From Eledone cirrhosa (lineage: Eukaryota), in the NCBI GenBank assembly GCA_964016885.1, contig OZ024743.1, positions 10,602,001-10,666,000 of the forward strand: a stretch of DNA of 64,000 nucleotides. The letters run 5' to 3'. The position numbers and the translations under genes were made by a program. The notes under the pieces were generated by a model. That model did not search any database. It had not been told where the DNA came from and saw nothing but the letters and a program-made list of their open reading frames with translations. Below, one piece after another: positions 36,050 through 48,865 of the stretch (positions are counted from its first letter, which is position 1; each line of letters starts with the position of its first letter).

Positions 36050-36440
36050 ATTTCATCATTCATTTCATTTTACGTCCGCTTTTCCCTGCTTGCAAGGGTG
36101 GGACGGGAACTAATTTTGGCTTGATTTCTACAGCTGGATGCCCTTCCTAACACCAACCTCATTTACAGTGAGTGCTGGGTGCTTTTTTTCCGTGGTGCCT
36201 ACACGTCCACTTTACAGTGTGGGCTGGGTGCTTTTTTTTGCCGTAGCACCTCCACGACCATTTTGCAGTGGAATGATAGGGACCCCAGTCCCTATCATCT
36301 CATTTCTACAGCTGAGTAAACTGGAGCAATGTGAAATAAAGTGGCTTGCTCAAGGAAACAACACATCACCCGGTCTGAGAATTGAACTCACAACCCTTCG
36401 ATTGCAAGGCCAATGTTCTAACCACTAAGCCATGTGCCTG
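36050..36440 (-). mobile_element. Young composite SINE: tRNA head + CORE + hairpin + RTE-related body + RTE tail
   Basis: A box TGGCTTAGTGG, B box GAGTTCAATTC; tail nearly identical to the RTE end at 5654-5690; sister copy at 44806-45150. Confidence 0.88.
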
Positions 36441-38297
36441 TAAAATAAAAATTCTTATATAATTCAGATTCTATATATTTATATGACAATAATTTAATAA
36501 AGAAAAGTATAAAAATCTATCCTCTTTTATGTTGCGAAAGATGAGTAGTTAAATGACATGAAGAATGCTAGAGAAGCAAAGTATCATATTTAGTTTAATC
36601 TTGTATCATCAATTGTTTCAGACAGTTGATGCTTCATTTTCAGAATTTACTTTTCAAATTATGACTGGAAAAAAGATAACAATAAAGCAACTAGTTTCAT
36701 CCTATGCAGGATATCAGTATAAATAGAGATAAAAGAAGATATGGGAGTAATAAACAGACATCATTGTCAGGAATGCAACTCAAACAAATGGAAATGTCCA
36801 ATCTTTGAGGACACAGCAATGTAACGAGTAATAATATTAAACAATTGTTACAGATTGTCTAACTTTTAGCATTAGTGATTTTCTTTATCTTTTGGAACTG
36901 ACAGGTAAGAATATTTGTAATGTTGGCTGGTAAAGTAGATGAAGAGTGTGTAGCTTGTATTCTGTCACTTGCACTGCCCAGCATCCAAGCAAAGCTATTT
37001 AACTCTTGTTTCAGTCATCATAGCTGTAAATAAATTCATTGTAGAGCAGTGGATATTCTATAACTGAAAAATATTTTGTTCATGTTTTATTTAATTATTT
37101 AACTGGTACAAGATGAATGAGACTCAAAATCATTATAAGCCCTTTCAGATTTATTTATGTAATGTTCAGCTTAAGCTTCTGTGTGTTAATGTTTCTAGGG
37201 AATTCCAGATGAGTGAATAAAGCAAATTTGTAGAATAGAAACAGAATAGAGGATAGAATCGGTTTGAATGAAAGGATTTTGAAGCTTGCTATTTCAGAAG
37301 ATCAGACAATGTTAAAATAGCAAAGGAAGAAATGGGGAGAAGAAATAGCATGTCAGTAAACTAATGATTGTGATGGGTTCAAAGTGCAGAGATAGAATGT
37401 ATGTGTAGCATTAGTAGAATCAAAAACATTGTGGGTAGGACTTAATTTGAGAATCACTGGGGGTTTGTAGAAAATCACCAACATATAAACTGCTAAAGTG
37501 CTTCTGAACTTGAACAGGATGATTCAGTATTAGGCTGTAGTTTTGGTGATGCTGTATATGTGAGGGTGACACAAGATATCAAAGCAATGAAATCTAAAAA
37601 TTTTTTGTGATGTTGATATATTTTAGCCTTATATTAATTAGGGTTACACCTATTAATCAGCAGATAATTTATATCAGCCATACTGCTGATTAATCGATAT
37701 CAGCTTCTTTTGCCAATTAATCAGTTTTTATAATTGATCATTATTGTTTTGGAGCAAGAAAACCATGGGTGACAGATAAATTTGGAAAACCCATTGGATT
37801 CAACATGTAGAAATAAATAAGAAAGATATATTATTTCCTAGGTCACAAGCTAAGCCCACAAGTGTAATATAACTCTGCTCTTAACATGCTGATCTACTCA
37901 ACTGGAAATTATTTGGAACTGTCTAGTGTGCATAACTCTCTATAGATTAAAGGGTGTCAAAGTAGAAAAGAGACTCTCTTACTCACAGGAACGTATGTGT
38001 TTAATTAATCTTTTAAAAAGAAATTAATTAAAATATTACAAAGTTTCCAATTATATGTTTATTTAAAGGTGTTCAAATTTTCTCCAGGAATAGTGATTCA
38101 TCTATCCTATCTCAAACAAAATTAAATTTAATGATCAAATTCAAGAATTTGTAAACTATAATGTAAAGACCTCAACATTTCTCAAGTTTCAGAGCATAGC
38201 CAACTTCTTGCAGGTTTTTTTTTATATGTTACCTTCTATAGGAAAATCAGTCAATTTTGTCATGTGTTCTCAAATAGTAGCTCCATAATTGTGATTA

Positions 38298-38452
38298 ATT
38301 ATGAAATATAATATATTACTTACAATTAATTTTATTAAATTATGAAATATAATATATTACTTACAATTAATTTTATTAAATTATTAAATATAATATATTA
38401 CTTACAATTTTATTAAATTATGAAATATAATATATTACTTACAATTAATTTT
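38298..38452. repeat. 41-bp AT-rich minisatellite, ~4 copies
   Basis: Unit ATTATGAAATATAATATATTACTTACAATTAATTTTATTAA. Confidence 0.9.
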
Positions 38453-38670
38453 AAAGTGGTCGTGGAGGTGCCATGGCAAAAAAGCACCCAGCACTCACTG
38501 TAAATGAGGTTGGTATTAGGAAGGGCATCCAGCTGTAGAAATCAAGCCAGAATCAGTTCCCGTATGAGCAAGACAAGGTCAGCCAACTGGACACTGCCCA
38601 CAACAGGACAACCCGTCTAACCCATGCTAGCATGGACAAATGGACGTAAAACAGTGATGATGATGATGAT
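38453..38670 (+). mobile_element. 3' UTR/tail-only copy of the 17067-type element
   Basis: Matches ~17380-17630 but with one body unit; ends in (GAT)n. Confidence 0.85.
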
Positions 38671-40313
38671 TTTCATACCACAAATCATAATTACATTATA
38701 GATAATTGGTGGTGAATTAATTGGTATCGGCCATTTAAGTAAGGTTGATTAATCAGTAATTGGTCATTTGCTTAATGTTGCATCCCTAATGTTGATAATG
38801 CATAAGGAGGATGTTCAAAAAATGTTTCATTTCTATGTTTGCTGATTGAGTACTGGTGAAACAGACTAGATTGTGATGTTTCTATCTGGAAGCAGGTTTC
38901 ATTTGAGGTATCTCATATAACATTCATAAGAAGGGGAAGGGATATTACTATCTAACATGTCCAGCAGCTCTGATATAGGGAGCTTGGTTATGAAGTTAAA
39001 AGAAGCTTCTAAAGGTAAAACCTCATGTGATTACAAGTATACATAAATGAATATTTTGCTGTGAGACATTATTACTGTACTTAAAACATGCTTACGAGAC
39101 TCCTCACATCTAGGTTTAATATAGTTTAATATACAAATATTAAAGAGGTGGAAGAATGATTTTATCAGTGTAGGTGTATGTGGATGGTTAGAAATAGGTC
39201 AATAATATACAGAAGGAAGAGTATTGGATATATGACTGAATCCTGGGGTAGACAGCAATTATTTGAGGGACTGAAGGAAAAAGTGCAAGCTAAGATGAAT
39301 ATAGGCAATTGAATTGGTTTGGAGGATTTCATGTCAGTCATGATTGAAGGCTTTGCTGATGTGAAAGACCAATGTTTTCAATGTCATGCACTAACCGGTG
39401 GGTGAAGAGAGCAAGTCTATGGTAGATATAACTCCATAGAAACTATAATGATGGACACTCAACACAAAATCTAGATTTGATGTGAAACTTGTAATACTGA
39501 GTTAAACCCTTCTATATAGGTCAAGAAAATAGAATAGAACATACAAATTGACAGTTAAAGAGTCAAAGAAGCAATCAAAGAAATGACAAATATGAAGTAT
39601 TTTGTGGGGATCAAACATCTGAAAATAGTGCAGAATATGTTATTTTCTTTTGTTTCCCAACTGTTTCTTTAAAAGTATACTTAACAGCTTCCCAAATAAT
39701 AAACAGTTTGTTGGATAATCTCTGATATATATAGTCCTCATAAAATGTGTGTTCAGCTAAATGCCTATTTAATTTTGTTAATTTAGATTCTGAGTTGAAA
39801 ATATGTTTGTGTTTTTGTCCTTTAGTTTGTTGTAGCCATTACAGCTAAGACCATGATACTGATGTAATAAGGATCTGTGACATAACAGAATAGCAGTATA
39901 GCCCTGACTACAAACCTCCTAACAAAATTTAGCAGTATACTGAGTCAAAATAGATAAACGTTATTTTAGAAGAAGTGCAGTGAAAATGGCTTAGACAATA
40001 AATGCTGGATCCATTACAATGTCTAGTTTTGAGGGGGGTATGCTAATTTCAAAACAATCGAGTTAACATTGTCTTTTATCCTTTCAAATTGATACCATAA
40101 GCATCAGTAAAATAGTCAATAAACTTTAGCTTTCTGTAACAAACATTTCATTTGTACCAAGGGAAAAGATGTAATTATTATTCAACTGTCGAAACTGGAT
40201 CATGTTAATGTTAATATAATGGAACTCGAGAATAGAGAGTATGACTGTTACATTTGTGTTTAACTGTAGTCATGTATTATATTTAAACTCAGGGATAATT
40301 AAAATAAAATTAC

Positions 40314-40476
40314 CTTTTTTCACTTCATTTGCTTCATTCAATTGAAGACGGACCACAAGAGAATTAGCAAACAGATCATTAGATTTTTCTAGACTATGAG
40401 CAATAGTTTGTTGTTGTGATAGCGCTTCCAATCCATCTAACATTAGTATAAAGTCTTCCTTGTTTGGTTGGCATAT
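40314..40476 (-). CDS. Candidate internal coding exon (163 nt) of an unknown host gene
   Basis: TAG|ATA...AAG|GTAATT; open throughout: ICQPNKEDFILMLDGLEALSQQQTIAHSLEKSNDLFANSLVVRLQLNEANEVKK; not part of any repeat I recognise; the polypyrimidine tract is weak. Confidence 0.4.
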
Positions 40477-41099
40477 CTAACAGCAAGTGTTTTCTCCAAT
40501 ACAAATGATCAAGCATAATATTTTCAACATCCTGTCATGTTATTCCAATATGACATAGATCTTCTCAAAATGTAGTATGCCACTTTTCTCAGTTGTTTTC
40601 TTTCTTATGTTTACAGTCCAGTGAGTCACACTGTATTGATCTGAGGATATCAATAAGTTGGTAACTGCTAAATATAGATGCAACATATGTGCTGCACTAA
40701 TTAATATCTTTCAACCTCTTAATTAGTCTGTATATTATCACCTCAGAAGAAAATTGACTAAATATATATAATGTACTGAACCTCTGACTTTACAGTATCG
40801 AGTTCACATCTTCTGTAGAAAGTGATCATTGAGTAAAACTCATAAGTGGAGTGCCAAACACGTGTCAGTAAAAGATGTTTAGGTGTAGATAGATCCATCA
40901 GGGTAACAATTGCCCTGCAAGCATAGATTAAGCTTTCAAGAGCAGTGGTATAAAGGTCCTGAATGTTAGTAAAATAAAAATTGGTTTGATTTGTCTACCT
41001 TAAATTAGAGGCTTGCTAGAACAATTCAGAATGTCAGTCTATACTACTATGGCACAGTATTCAAAAGCGTGTATGACTTTCAGGGACACCTCTCATGAA

Positions 41100-41450
41100 C
41101 AAAGCCTCCATCAGAAAACATCATGATCAAGAACTGTGTGTATTTCATCCCATGCAGGGAATACAAAGTTGAAACTAAACACTCACTAAATGTAAGGCTT
41201 GAGGAACAACATAAAGCCATAATCCATAGAGAACAGAGAAATCAGGAATGGCTAATCATTTGTGAAAAGAAAGGGAGAATTATCAGCCCTTGGTAACAAA
41301 ATCAAGATAATAGATAATAAACAACACTGAAAGATAAAACAATAGAAATAATCAGCACATGTGATAACTTCCTTATTTGGCTTATATGATAATAATATAT
41401 GAGAATAATATGGGGTACTTTAATTGAGAAAGAAAAAAATATTATGCCAA
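41100..41450 (+). mobile_element. Penelope-like GIY-YIG endonuclease relic
   Basis: KNCVYFIPC..EYKVETKHSLNVRLEE..KA...EKSGMANHL pattern. Confidence 0.65.
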
Positions 41451-42279
41451 GAACCAAAAAGAATTAGGTTTTAAGCTCCAAATTTCCATCATACAACTAT
41501 CCTACAGGACAATAGCATAATCGATATAAGCACTGGTAAGAGTTTACCTGTTGGTTGTCAGTTGAATCAGAGGGTCAGCATATGTACATATATTCAAGTT
41601 TTAGAAGAAAAGTAAGTGATATCACAAGTAACTAATAAATAATATGAAGATATCATTGCTGCAAAAAATAGAATAAGAACAATCTACCATTTATAGTTTG
41701 AATAAAGAGTTTGGTTGGAATTTTCAAGAATGTTACCAAGTACAACCAGCTCCTGAAAAACGCTGGAAGCTAATATAGCTAAAAACAATGACAATAACAA
41801 CCAAGATGAAAGCACTATCACAAATCAGTGTGTAATATGCAAGAGTCATATATTATTATTTTTTGTTAAATTGTTTTTCACTCAATGAAATAGTGGACAG
41901 TTACCAGAAAAAATATTCATGTTAGGAAGTTGAAGGTGATGCTAGGTTAGACAAAGGTCAGTAAATCTATTTTAGTGAGGGTAAGTTATTACGTGAGAAT
42001 AAGACAGATGACAAAACTTAAGGTGTTAGAAATTCTCAAGCCAACTTTGCAAGTTAACAATACCATAAATGTAGAAGACAGTTAAAGTGACTAGAAGACA
42101 CATTAACATATAATATTAGCAACACTACAGACAACAAATAAAAGTAACATTAAAAGTAACATATAATCAGGAAAAATGTTTCTGAACTGACAATCTCAAT
42201 TTTATGTGTAGTAAGATTTATTATTATTATTATTATTATTATTGTTGTTATTATTGTTATTATTATTGTCTTCTTCACT

Positions 42280-43310
42280 GGGCAGAGGAATTGGCAGTAT
42301 CAGTAGAGTATTGGACAACATGCTTTGCGGCATAGGGTTACAATACTTCTGAAGTCTGAGTTCAAATCGTGCCAAGGTTACCTTTGCCTTTCATCCTTAC
42401 GGGATCAATAAAATAAAGTACCAGTAACACACTGGGGTTAATTTAATTGACATTCCCTTCCCTTTCAAATTGGTGGCCTTGTGCCAAATATGGAAACAAT
42501 TATTGAGAGAGAAATGCTGCCCCTCGGAACATTTTTTAAAAGGTTTGTTGCAAGAATGGCCCATGTGAATAGACCCATTCTGAGCATGCACCTGTAGGCT
42601 GGAAAAATGGAGGGAGAGAGGAGCACTCTCCTAGGGCGATCTTGAAGATGAGGGTGGGTTGGGATTTGCAGGGTTTCTAATGTCACTCCTGGATGGTATC
42701 CCCCCTGCCAATTGGGGAATTCTATTGTTGATATTTTATTTTGTTTATTTACTTTGTTAATAATTTTTTTTACTTGATTGCATGTAAATCCCCCTGTCCC
42801 CGTCTTTGTATTGTCCCCTATGCTCGTCCCTTGTGGCCAATAATAAAAACAATTTTTATTATCATTATTGTCTTCTTCACTGGGCAGAGGAACTGGCAGT
42901 ATCAGTAGAGTATTGGACAAAATGCTTTAAGACATAGAGTTGCAACACTTCTGAAGTCTGAGTTCAAATCCTGTTAAGCTTAGCTTTGTCTTTCACTCTT
43001 TACCTTTCCCCTCCCCCCAAATTGTTGGCCTTGTGACTAAATCAGAAACTATTATTATTATTATTATTATGTTTTCTTCACTGAGCAGAGGATTGGCAGT
43101 ATCAATCAGTAGAATGTTGGACAATATGCTTTGTGGCATATAGTTATATTCCTTTATATTCTGAGTTCAAATCCTGCCAAGTTTAGCCTTGCCTTTCATC
43201 CTTACTGGGTCGATAAAATAAAGTACCAATAATGCATTGGGGTCGATTTAATCAACTTTCCCCTTCTCCCCACCAAATTGTTGGCCTTGTGCCTAAATCA
43301 GAAAGCATTA
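42280..43310 (+). mobile_element. Three head-to-tail Deu/Nin-domain SINE copies (~42280, ~42880, ~43082)
   Basis: B box GAGTTCAAATCC and GCCTTTCATCCTT..GGGTCGATAAAATAAAGTACC domain; the second copy is internally deleted. Confidence 0.8.
42505..42850 (+). mobile_element. 3' end of an L1/Tx1-like LINE between SINE copies 1 and 2
   Basis: ORF end EREMLPLGTFFKRFVARMAHVNRPILSMHL*, then a UTR with a T-rich tract and AATAAAAA. Confidence 0.5.
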
Positions 43311-43329
43311 TGTTTTCTTCACTTAGCTT

Positions 43330-43555
43330 TTAATACTGGTATTGCATTATGGTGTCATCTGTTCACTGCCAGTCAACTGAGGTAACAACACTTATTTTTC
43401 AAATACCTTCCAAAATATTCAAGCTATTCCAAGCAGTGCTGTTTTTTGCAAGAGTTTCGCCTGTATTGCAACTCCTATTTGTTTAATGTACTTCTCAAGA
43501 TCTTTGGTTACTATTCCTAAGGCTTCAACTATTATTGGTACAGTTGCCTACATTG
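43330..43555 (-). mobile_element. R4/Dong-like (REL endonuclease) non-LTR element, C-terminus
   Basis: VPIIVEALGIVTKDLEKYI...LLQKTALLG. Confidence 0.7.
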
Positions 43556-44256
43556 ATATTGTGAGCCTAAAAGAAATATTGAATAACCTGCAGAGGCATA
43601 TCCATAACATCAGAGAATGTCCTGGGGTGCTGGATGGCTGGAGCATTTAACTTGCTTGCAGTCTGATTTGGTCTGGAGCTCCAGATGGATAGAAGGTGGG
43701 ATGAGATAACAAGCAGGTTGATGATATAAAGCAGAAGGCCCAGCTGTTAAAAGTGTGGAAGTAAAGACCACTTGAGAGCCTTCTGTCAAAGGCTTAAAAA
43801 GTGAAAAAAATAATATGGCTGCTGCAGACCATAATAGAATCAGCAACAATAATAGCAGACTTCTAATGAGAAGAGCAGAGTTGCTGCTATCACTGTTCTC
43901 ACAAAAACATCAGACTCATTTCTGAGAATAGTTAGAATGAGTAGAATCAAAAGCAAATGAAATCACTTCCCTTTCAGTCCTACTGGGTCTTGAATCAATA
44001 CAACAGGGTAAGAAGAAGCCAAAGAGTTTCCTTCTCAAGCAGACAACCAGTCAGAGACTATACTGCACCAGTCTTATTCAATTTTCTTTTGATTGCTGGT
44101 AGATGAAAACTAGAAAAATGTTAAAAACTGTCAGGGACAGTACAAAACAAAAGAAAAAGAAACTTAATCTGTTGTGCTATATTGTAGTATGCTTTGTACT
44201 CCCCTCCCTACCCTTTATATCTATCTATCTCTCTCTCTCTATATATATATATATAC

Positions 44257-44321
<65 letters not shown>

Positions 44322-44323
<2 letters not shown>

Positions 44324-44550
44324 CACACTGTAATGTGGCCGTGTAGGCAACACGGTAAAAACCTCCCAGCCCCACACTGTAAATGTGGTTGGTGTTAGGA
44401 AGGGCATGCAGCTGTAGAAAACCCGCCAGATAGTCCTATGCGAGCAAGCAAGATAATCACTCTTGCCTCAAGTGGGAAAACCCCCGTCCAAACCCATGCA
44501 AGCGTGGAACACGGACGTTAAACGTTGATGATGATGATGATGATGATGAT
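44322..44550 (+). mobile_element. RTE-tailed non-autonomous element (third tail variant)
   Basis: GGTTGGTGTTAGGAAGGGCATGCAGCTGTAGAAA...CGTCCAAACCCATGCAAGCGTGGAACACGGACG + (GAT)n. Confidence 0.8.
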
Positions 44551-44730
44551 AATAAAGTATGAATTCCTACGTGTAAAAAATACATATAGGGAAACAAGTA
44601 TTATCCAACCGTATGCCAATGTGGTTCTATGGCGGGTTAATAAATTAACTGGAGCATGAAACCGCGGTAAAGGCACATATAGTAAGTACAGCGAATTTTT
44701 TAAAATTTATTTTAAAACTTTTTCTCTATT

Positions 44731-44778
44731 TGCTAGACCTCGATTTCATATATATATATATAAAATCGAGGTCTAGCA
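44731..44778. repeat. 48-bp palindrome centred on (AT)n
   Basis: TGCTAGACCTCGATTT-C(AT)7A-AAATCGAGGTCTAGCA. Confidence 0.95.
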
Positions 44779-44805
44779 CATATATATATATATATATACA
44801 TATAT

Positions 44806-45150
44806 TCATTCATTTCATTCATTTCATTTTACGTCCGCTTTTTCCCTGCTTGCAAGGGTGGGACAGGAACTGATTCTGGCTTGATTTCTACAGCTGGATG
44901 CCCTTCCTAACACCAACCTCATTTACAGTGAGTGCTGGGTGCTTTTTTGCCACGGCACCTCCACAACCACTTTGCAGTGGAAAGATAGGGACTGGGGTCC
45001 CTATCATCTCATTTCTACAGCTGAGTAAACTGGAGAAATGTGAAATAAAGTGTCTTGCTCAAGGAAACAACACATCACCCGGTCTGAGAATTGAACTCGC
45101 AACTTTTCGATTGCAAGGCCAATGCTCTAACCACTAAGCCATGTGGCTCC
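44806..45150 (-). mobile_element. Young composite SINE, sister of 36050-36440
   Basis: Same head, CORE and tail; one body unit fewer; flanked by (TA)n on both sides. Confidence 0.9.
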
Positions 45151-45230
45151 ATATATATATATACATATATACATATATATATATACATATATACATATAT
45201 ATATATATATAAACATATATATATATATAT

Positions 45231-45307
<77 letters not shown>

Positions 45308-45310
45308 CAT

Positions 45311-45391
<81 letters not shown>

Positions 45392-45394
45392 CAT

Positions 45395-45449
<55 letters not shown>

Positions 45450-45497
45450 TATATATATTTATATATATTACATATATATATATATATATATATATAT

Positions 45498-45538
<41 letters not shown>
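45151..45538. repeat. Long interrupted (TA)n microsatellite
   Basis: Directly visible; it is the source of the IYIY ORFs. Confidence 0.97.
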
Positions 45539-45540
<2 letters not shown>

Positions 45541-46548
45541 TGCACCACATGTTTTTAAGCCCTTTTCTGTGGTATATTTTGTATGGTATATATGGACACT
45601 TGTAGCAAATAAAGAAAATATTGTTTTGCGTTTTTGTGGTTGTTGTTTTTGCTGTTGCTGCTTCTAAACAGATGAGTATGGACAGTATGAAAACATTGAA
45701 CATTATCAGTAAATATTCATTTCAGATATAGAGATCTTTAAAATTAACGCAGCCTTCCAACATATAATCATTTGTTATTTGCTCTCATGCATTTCAGAAA
45801 ATATTAAGTGGTCACTTGAGACCAGTCAAATTTATTTTTTTTGTATTGATTTATCAGCATAGATTAGGAAATAAATATCTTATCAATAAGAAACATGAAA
45901 TCCATCTTATACTCATCAGAAAAGAAAAGCAAGCAGAAAAATTTGGTTACAAAACTAAATCTTGTTTATTCAATGTACTCTTCTTATATGATTGAAAAAA
46001 AATTTCTAGCAAATTATAAAATATATCCTCAATGAAAGAAACATACACAATGCAATCATCCATTTTGTGTATTTCAGTTGAGATATTTTCTGTAGATGCT
46101 AGCGGACAATTGTAGCCACGCATGCACAAATGTGTTTGCTTACCCATGTGTTAGCAGTATCATAGTTGAACAAACACTACCGTTAGCAATGAACTAATTA
46201 CACACTATTGATCAGTGAATTTGAGCAGCTTGCTCACCAAACAACATAACTAATCAATAGTTGAGTTCTAGTTTGTAATTTTCTTTCCATACATCCTTTA
46301 CCTAAAAATGAAGAGAATAAAGTTTCAAGTTAAGAAACTTTAAAGTAAATATTTCAAAAATTCAATAGTTTTATTCTAAATTTCATTTCATATTACAATC
46401 AATCTTATATTAATTATTCGTGGTTAAATTAAATGTTCTCTTATATTCATTTTCACATGGGCTCAATGGGCTAGACTAATAAAATAAAATTATGCTGCTT
46501 TCTTGCAGGATGCTGTCCTGCCTATTTAACCTCAACCATAATTATTAA

Positions 46549-46759
46549 CCCTTTTGATACTGAACTGTCTGAAATCACGATACAAAACTTTTTATTTTAA
46601 AGTGTTTATATTTATTTAAACATCTTCCATCATAATTTTATATAAAAACCAGTTTGATAATGAGAAAGTTTGTTATATTACTAAAGTATTGTTTACTTTT
46701 TAAATTATCTAAAAATTATAGACAATGTACTTCATTAGATATACAAAATAATTAAAAGG
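46549..46759. mobile_element. piggyBac-like MITE copy
   Basis: TTAA|CCCTTTTGATAC...AAAAGG|TTAA. Confidence 0.7.
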
Positions 46760-48184
46760 TTAAATGTTGTAATTAGTTTCTAAAGAAATTAATTAGTTAA
46801 ATATATATATCCTATTTGTTGTCTCATATATTTGAATCAATTTCAAATTAAACATTAGAGATGAAATTAAAAATACCTGTAAAACACTAAAAATATTTTA
46901 ATTAATATACAAGCTCGTTAGTTTAACCCAATGTTTGTTCAATAGATCTACAAGAAAATGGTTTAAAGAACTATTGTAAATATATCTTTCAAATTTCTCT
47001 GACATAGTGTATTTAGAAGAAAAGATTCAGTCCTGTCTATGTTTTGATAAATGATTTATTTTCAAACCCAAATTTAGGCTTAGTGCACATTGAAATAGAA
47101 CCATGGAAGAACATAGTATCAAATACATTACCCTGAAGATATATAGTGAAACAGGGGGGAAAAGGGCCGAAAATGACTAAGATTATCTTCAAGCATTAAA
47201 AAGACAAAGTAGTAGGTATTAACTCCACACGTCAACACCATTTATATTTGGAGTGACTATAATAAGGACTGCCACTTTTAAATATATCTTTACCATCATC
47301 ATATAAGATGCACCAGTCTATTGAGATCATAAAAACAGGAGTGGAATGTGGAGGAAGAAGAAGTGAGTGGAGAAGAAAATGAAAGAAATTTCCATCATAT
47401 CCTAAGATGGATGGTGGCTAGTAATGGTATTTTAATATCAATACATCAAAAGTCAATCAGTAAAGCAGTTTCAGATCACTCACAATATTAAAATAATATT
47501 GATGTTTACTAAAAGTCAAAGCACTTTATTGGTAGATGAAAAGCAGTTAAATTATGTAGTTATTACTATGTCTAGAATTTCAGAAATGTTGAAGTAATGT
47601 GAAATAGAATATAACTTTCAGTGTCAAAAGAGTTTCTATTATATGCACCCAGGTAAGCTACTTTATGTTGTTCTTAGTCAATCTACTTAAAAAGTGGTTG
47701 AAATGCAAGCATAATTTCAGAAGTTAACTTGCCATAAGCTCATTTGTAAGAAAGGAAACATGTGTATCATCATACAATCATTTAGCACAATGCAAACTAA
47801 AAATAAGCAGTCTGCATCACATAAGCTCAGTAAAAGAATTTAATTCAATGTTTTCACTTAATAGAAAAATTGCTTGCGTTATCTAGAGGATTTTGATTGA
47901 CTTGGACAACTTTTGCATGCAGGCATGGCTTTGGAGGAAAATCATAAGACCTCAGGAGCAATCTTATTGCATGACATCTTGGGCAATTGTTTTTATCATA
48001 GCTTCAATTTGAACCAAGCCTTGTGAGTGCAACTAAGTAAATGGAAATTCATTGGAAGCCCATCAGATGGATTAGACCTCTTATTCAAAGGACCGGGGAT
48101 GTCACATATTGGTTTATGGTGATTGAGAGTTATATTAAGAATATACATGTTTGTAGAATATTCAGCAATTCACTCATTAATTTG

Positions 48185-48750
48185 ACCTTTTTGATACCAA
48201 ATTAGATCTGGTTATATGGCATTAGGCTATAAGTTAAAGTATTTATATTTATCTAAAAATATTTATTGGAATTTTATATAAGAACATTTCTTAATCTAAA
48301 TACTAACTTAATAATGGGAAAGCTATAGCCATTCAAAATTATCTAAAAACCATGCACGTTATCTTTCTTGAAAAATATGGTAGAAAAGAGTAGGTAGTTC
48401 AGTCAGTTGAGAAACTACATGTTCAATAACAAAACCAATAGAGGATCCCTCATCAATTATCATCAGTAACAGCAATACTTTCTTCATATTCCAGAGGAAA
48501 CTTAGAATACATTTGTTACCAAACCACCTGAAACTGCACCTGGTTCCACAATACTGAGCTATTTATTTTAAATTGCTTATATTTATCTAAAAACATTTGA
48601 TCATAATTTTTTGTAGGAAAAAACCTTTAAGTTATGTTCCAAACAACTTTTAAAAGTGAGACTCTTAGTTTTATTATTAAATCATTCTATATTCTTGATT
48701 GCTTTTAAAATCAAGCAGTGTTTTTCATTAAAAACATGTTAATAAAAGGG
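48185..48750. mobile_element. Two piggyBac-like MITE copies (~48185-48395 and ~48510-48750)
   Basis: CCTTTTTGATACCAAA / ACCAAACCACCTGAAACTGC starts; AAAAGGG|TTAA end at 48750. Confidence 0.6.
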
Positions 48751-48865
48751 TTAAAAATGGTCTGAAAGGAATTAATAGTATACTTTGCTATGCTGCACAT
48801 CAAATTCAAACAAAAGGTATTTTTCAAGGTGATATTGAGATGCACAACAACAATCACAATAAAAA

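Larger units (their letters stand above)
37639..38788. mobile_element. hAT-like non-autonomous DNA transposon with nested inserts
   Basis: Ends TAGGGTTACA... / ...TGCATCCCTA; 8-bp flanks ATATTAAT and ATGTTGAT match at 6/8; subterminal TAATCAG/ATCGG-like repeats at both ends. Confidence 0.6.
37150..39480 (-). mobile_element. Highly decayed CR1/L2-like LINE, interrupted by a MITE
   Basis: Minus strand LPQDSVIYPILFLLYIIDL near 39200-39260 resembles GVPQGSVL.P.LFLLYINDL; the rest is very degenerate. Confidence 0.45.

Noticed and set aside
41750-41795. Hammerhead ribozyme downstream of the Penelope-like relic
   Set aside because: The position is plausible, but the core reads CTGAAAA...AAAA rather than CUGANGA...GAAA; at most a dead remnant.
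45075-45150. tRNA gene (also ~36370-36440, ~7495-7570, ~10930-11000)
   Set aside because: A and B boxes are present but run into CORE-like SINE sequence, with no proper acceptor stem or terminator; these are SINE heads.
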